A DNA stretch of 64,000 nt from Octopus bimaculoides. Its lineage: Eukaryota. Shown here piece after piece: positions 63,334 through 64,000 of the stretch; position 1 is the stretch's first letter, and each line of letters begins with the position of its first letter. The DNA lies in contig NC_068985.1 in the NCBI RefSeq assembly GCF_001194135.2, forward strand, positions 21,906,750 through 21,970,749. The letters run 5' to 3'. Below the pieces are notes generated by a model. It searched no databases and was not told where the DNA came from. It saw only the letters and a list, made by a program, of their open reading frames with translations. Made by a program: the position numbers and the translations under genes.

Positions 63334-63474
63334 TTTTTAACATACTGGAGTTGTATTTATTTATGATTGATCTGTTCTTTGAAGTTTTTGTTTTTGAAAA
63401 TTTGGATGTTTACTAGATGAATTTTCTTTTCTTTAATGTTGACCTTATATAAGGAAAACAAAATAATATATTGA

Positions 63475-63640
63475 TTAGAAAGCTTGTCAGTGGAGCATGA
63501 GAAGACATTAGTCCCAGCTAGTGTTCTGGTCTCACCAAACCTCCCTCTGGTGGTGTTCTAGACATCAATAAAGATGGCTATAGAATACTTGAAATGCAAG
63601 ACAACTCAGTCTTTTGAGACATTTGATAGTGAAACCCAGT
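63475..63640 (+). pseudogene. Decayed partial duplicate of the 5' end of the BTB CDS
   Basis: Seen: 24-nt (caccaaacctccctctggtggtgt) and 29-nt (aaatgcaagacaactcagtcttttgagac) identities to 62319-62405; ATG kept at 63497 but followed by a stop after 4 codons and by indels. Confidence 0.85.
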
Positions 63641-64000
63641 GTTATGATTGTATAGAACATTGTTTGAATTTATTACAAGTGCCTTCACTTGTCAACTACA
63701 AGCTACAATTTCTTTTATACATACAAACAAACAAACAATACACACACACATATATTCATATATGATTTTTCAGAGATGGAGACACATGTGTGATGTAAAC
63801 TGTTGTACAGAAAGAAATTAGTAGTGAGAATGAATGGGTAGCTGAGAGAGGGCAGTAAATGTATTAGAAAAGTTAAATCAAAATGAAATAAACTACAATA
63901 TACCTGAAATACTCAAACAATAGAAATAAAACTGGGTATGATTTATATTAAACCAAACACTTTTTTACTTAGGTACAAGCCTATATATATATATATATAT

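Noticed and set aside
1-64000. CRISPR arrays, rRNA, prokaryotic operons or horizontally acquired genes
   Set aside because: No regularly spaced repeat-spacer array, rRNA-like sequence or gene-dense segment seen.

Overview
Eukaryotic, AT-rich, repeat-dense window with four assembly gaps (N at 22535-22842, 30954-31000, 42947-42956, 60541-60550). The SINE families, the RTE LINE with a (GAT)n tail and the microsatellite load resemble an octopus genome; this is my recognition, not a database result. Only one protein-coding region is supportable: an uninterrupted 333-aa BTB/POZ+BACK ORF without Kelch repeats (62281-63282, +), BTBD17-like in architecture. It has a good splice acceptor at 62200-62201, a candidate 5' exon/promoter near 60140-60400, four upstream ATGs, and a decayed duplicate of its own 5' end about 200 nt after the stop. 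A CpG-rich island at about 44.5-48.5 kb carries divergent splice donors and a minus-strand TATA box, suggesting a head-to-head promoter; the left-hand partner has no recognisable coding exon here. The rest is transposon debris: three tRNA-derived SINE families, RTE and CR1-group LINE fragments, hAT transposase fossils, hAT MITEs with 8-bp TSDs (one nested), TTAA MITEs, a mariner MITE inside a SINE, and a fold-back element. Almost all other ORFs in the track are microsatellite or repeat artefacts. I see no convincing new multi-gene system; the findings are hypotheses to test.
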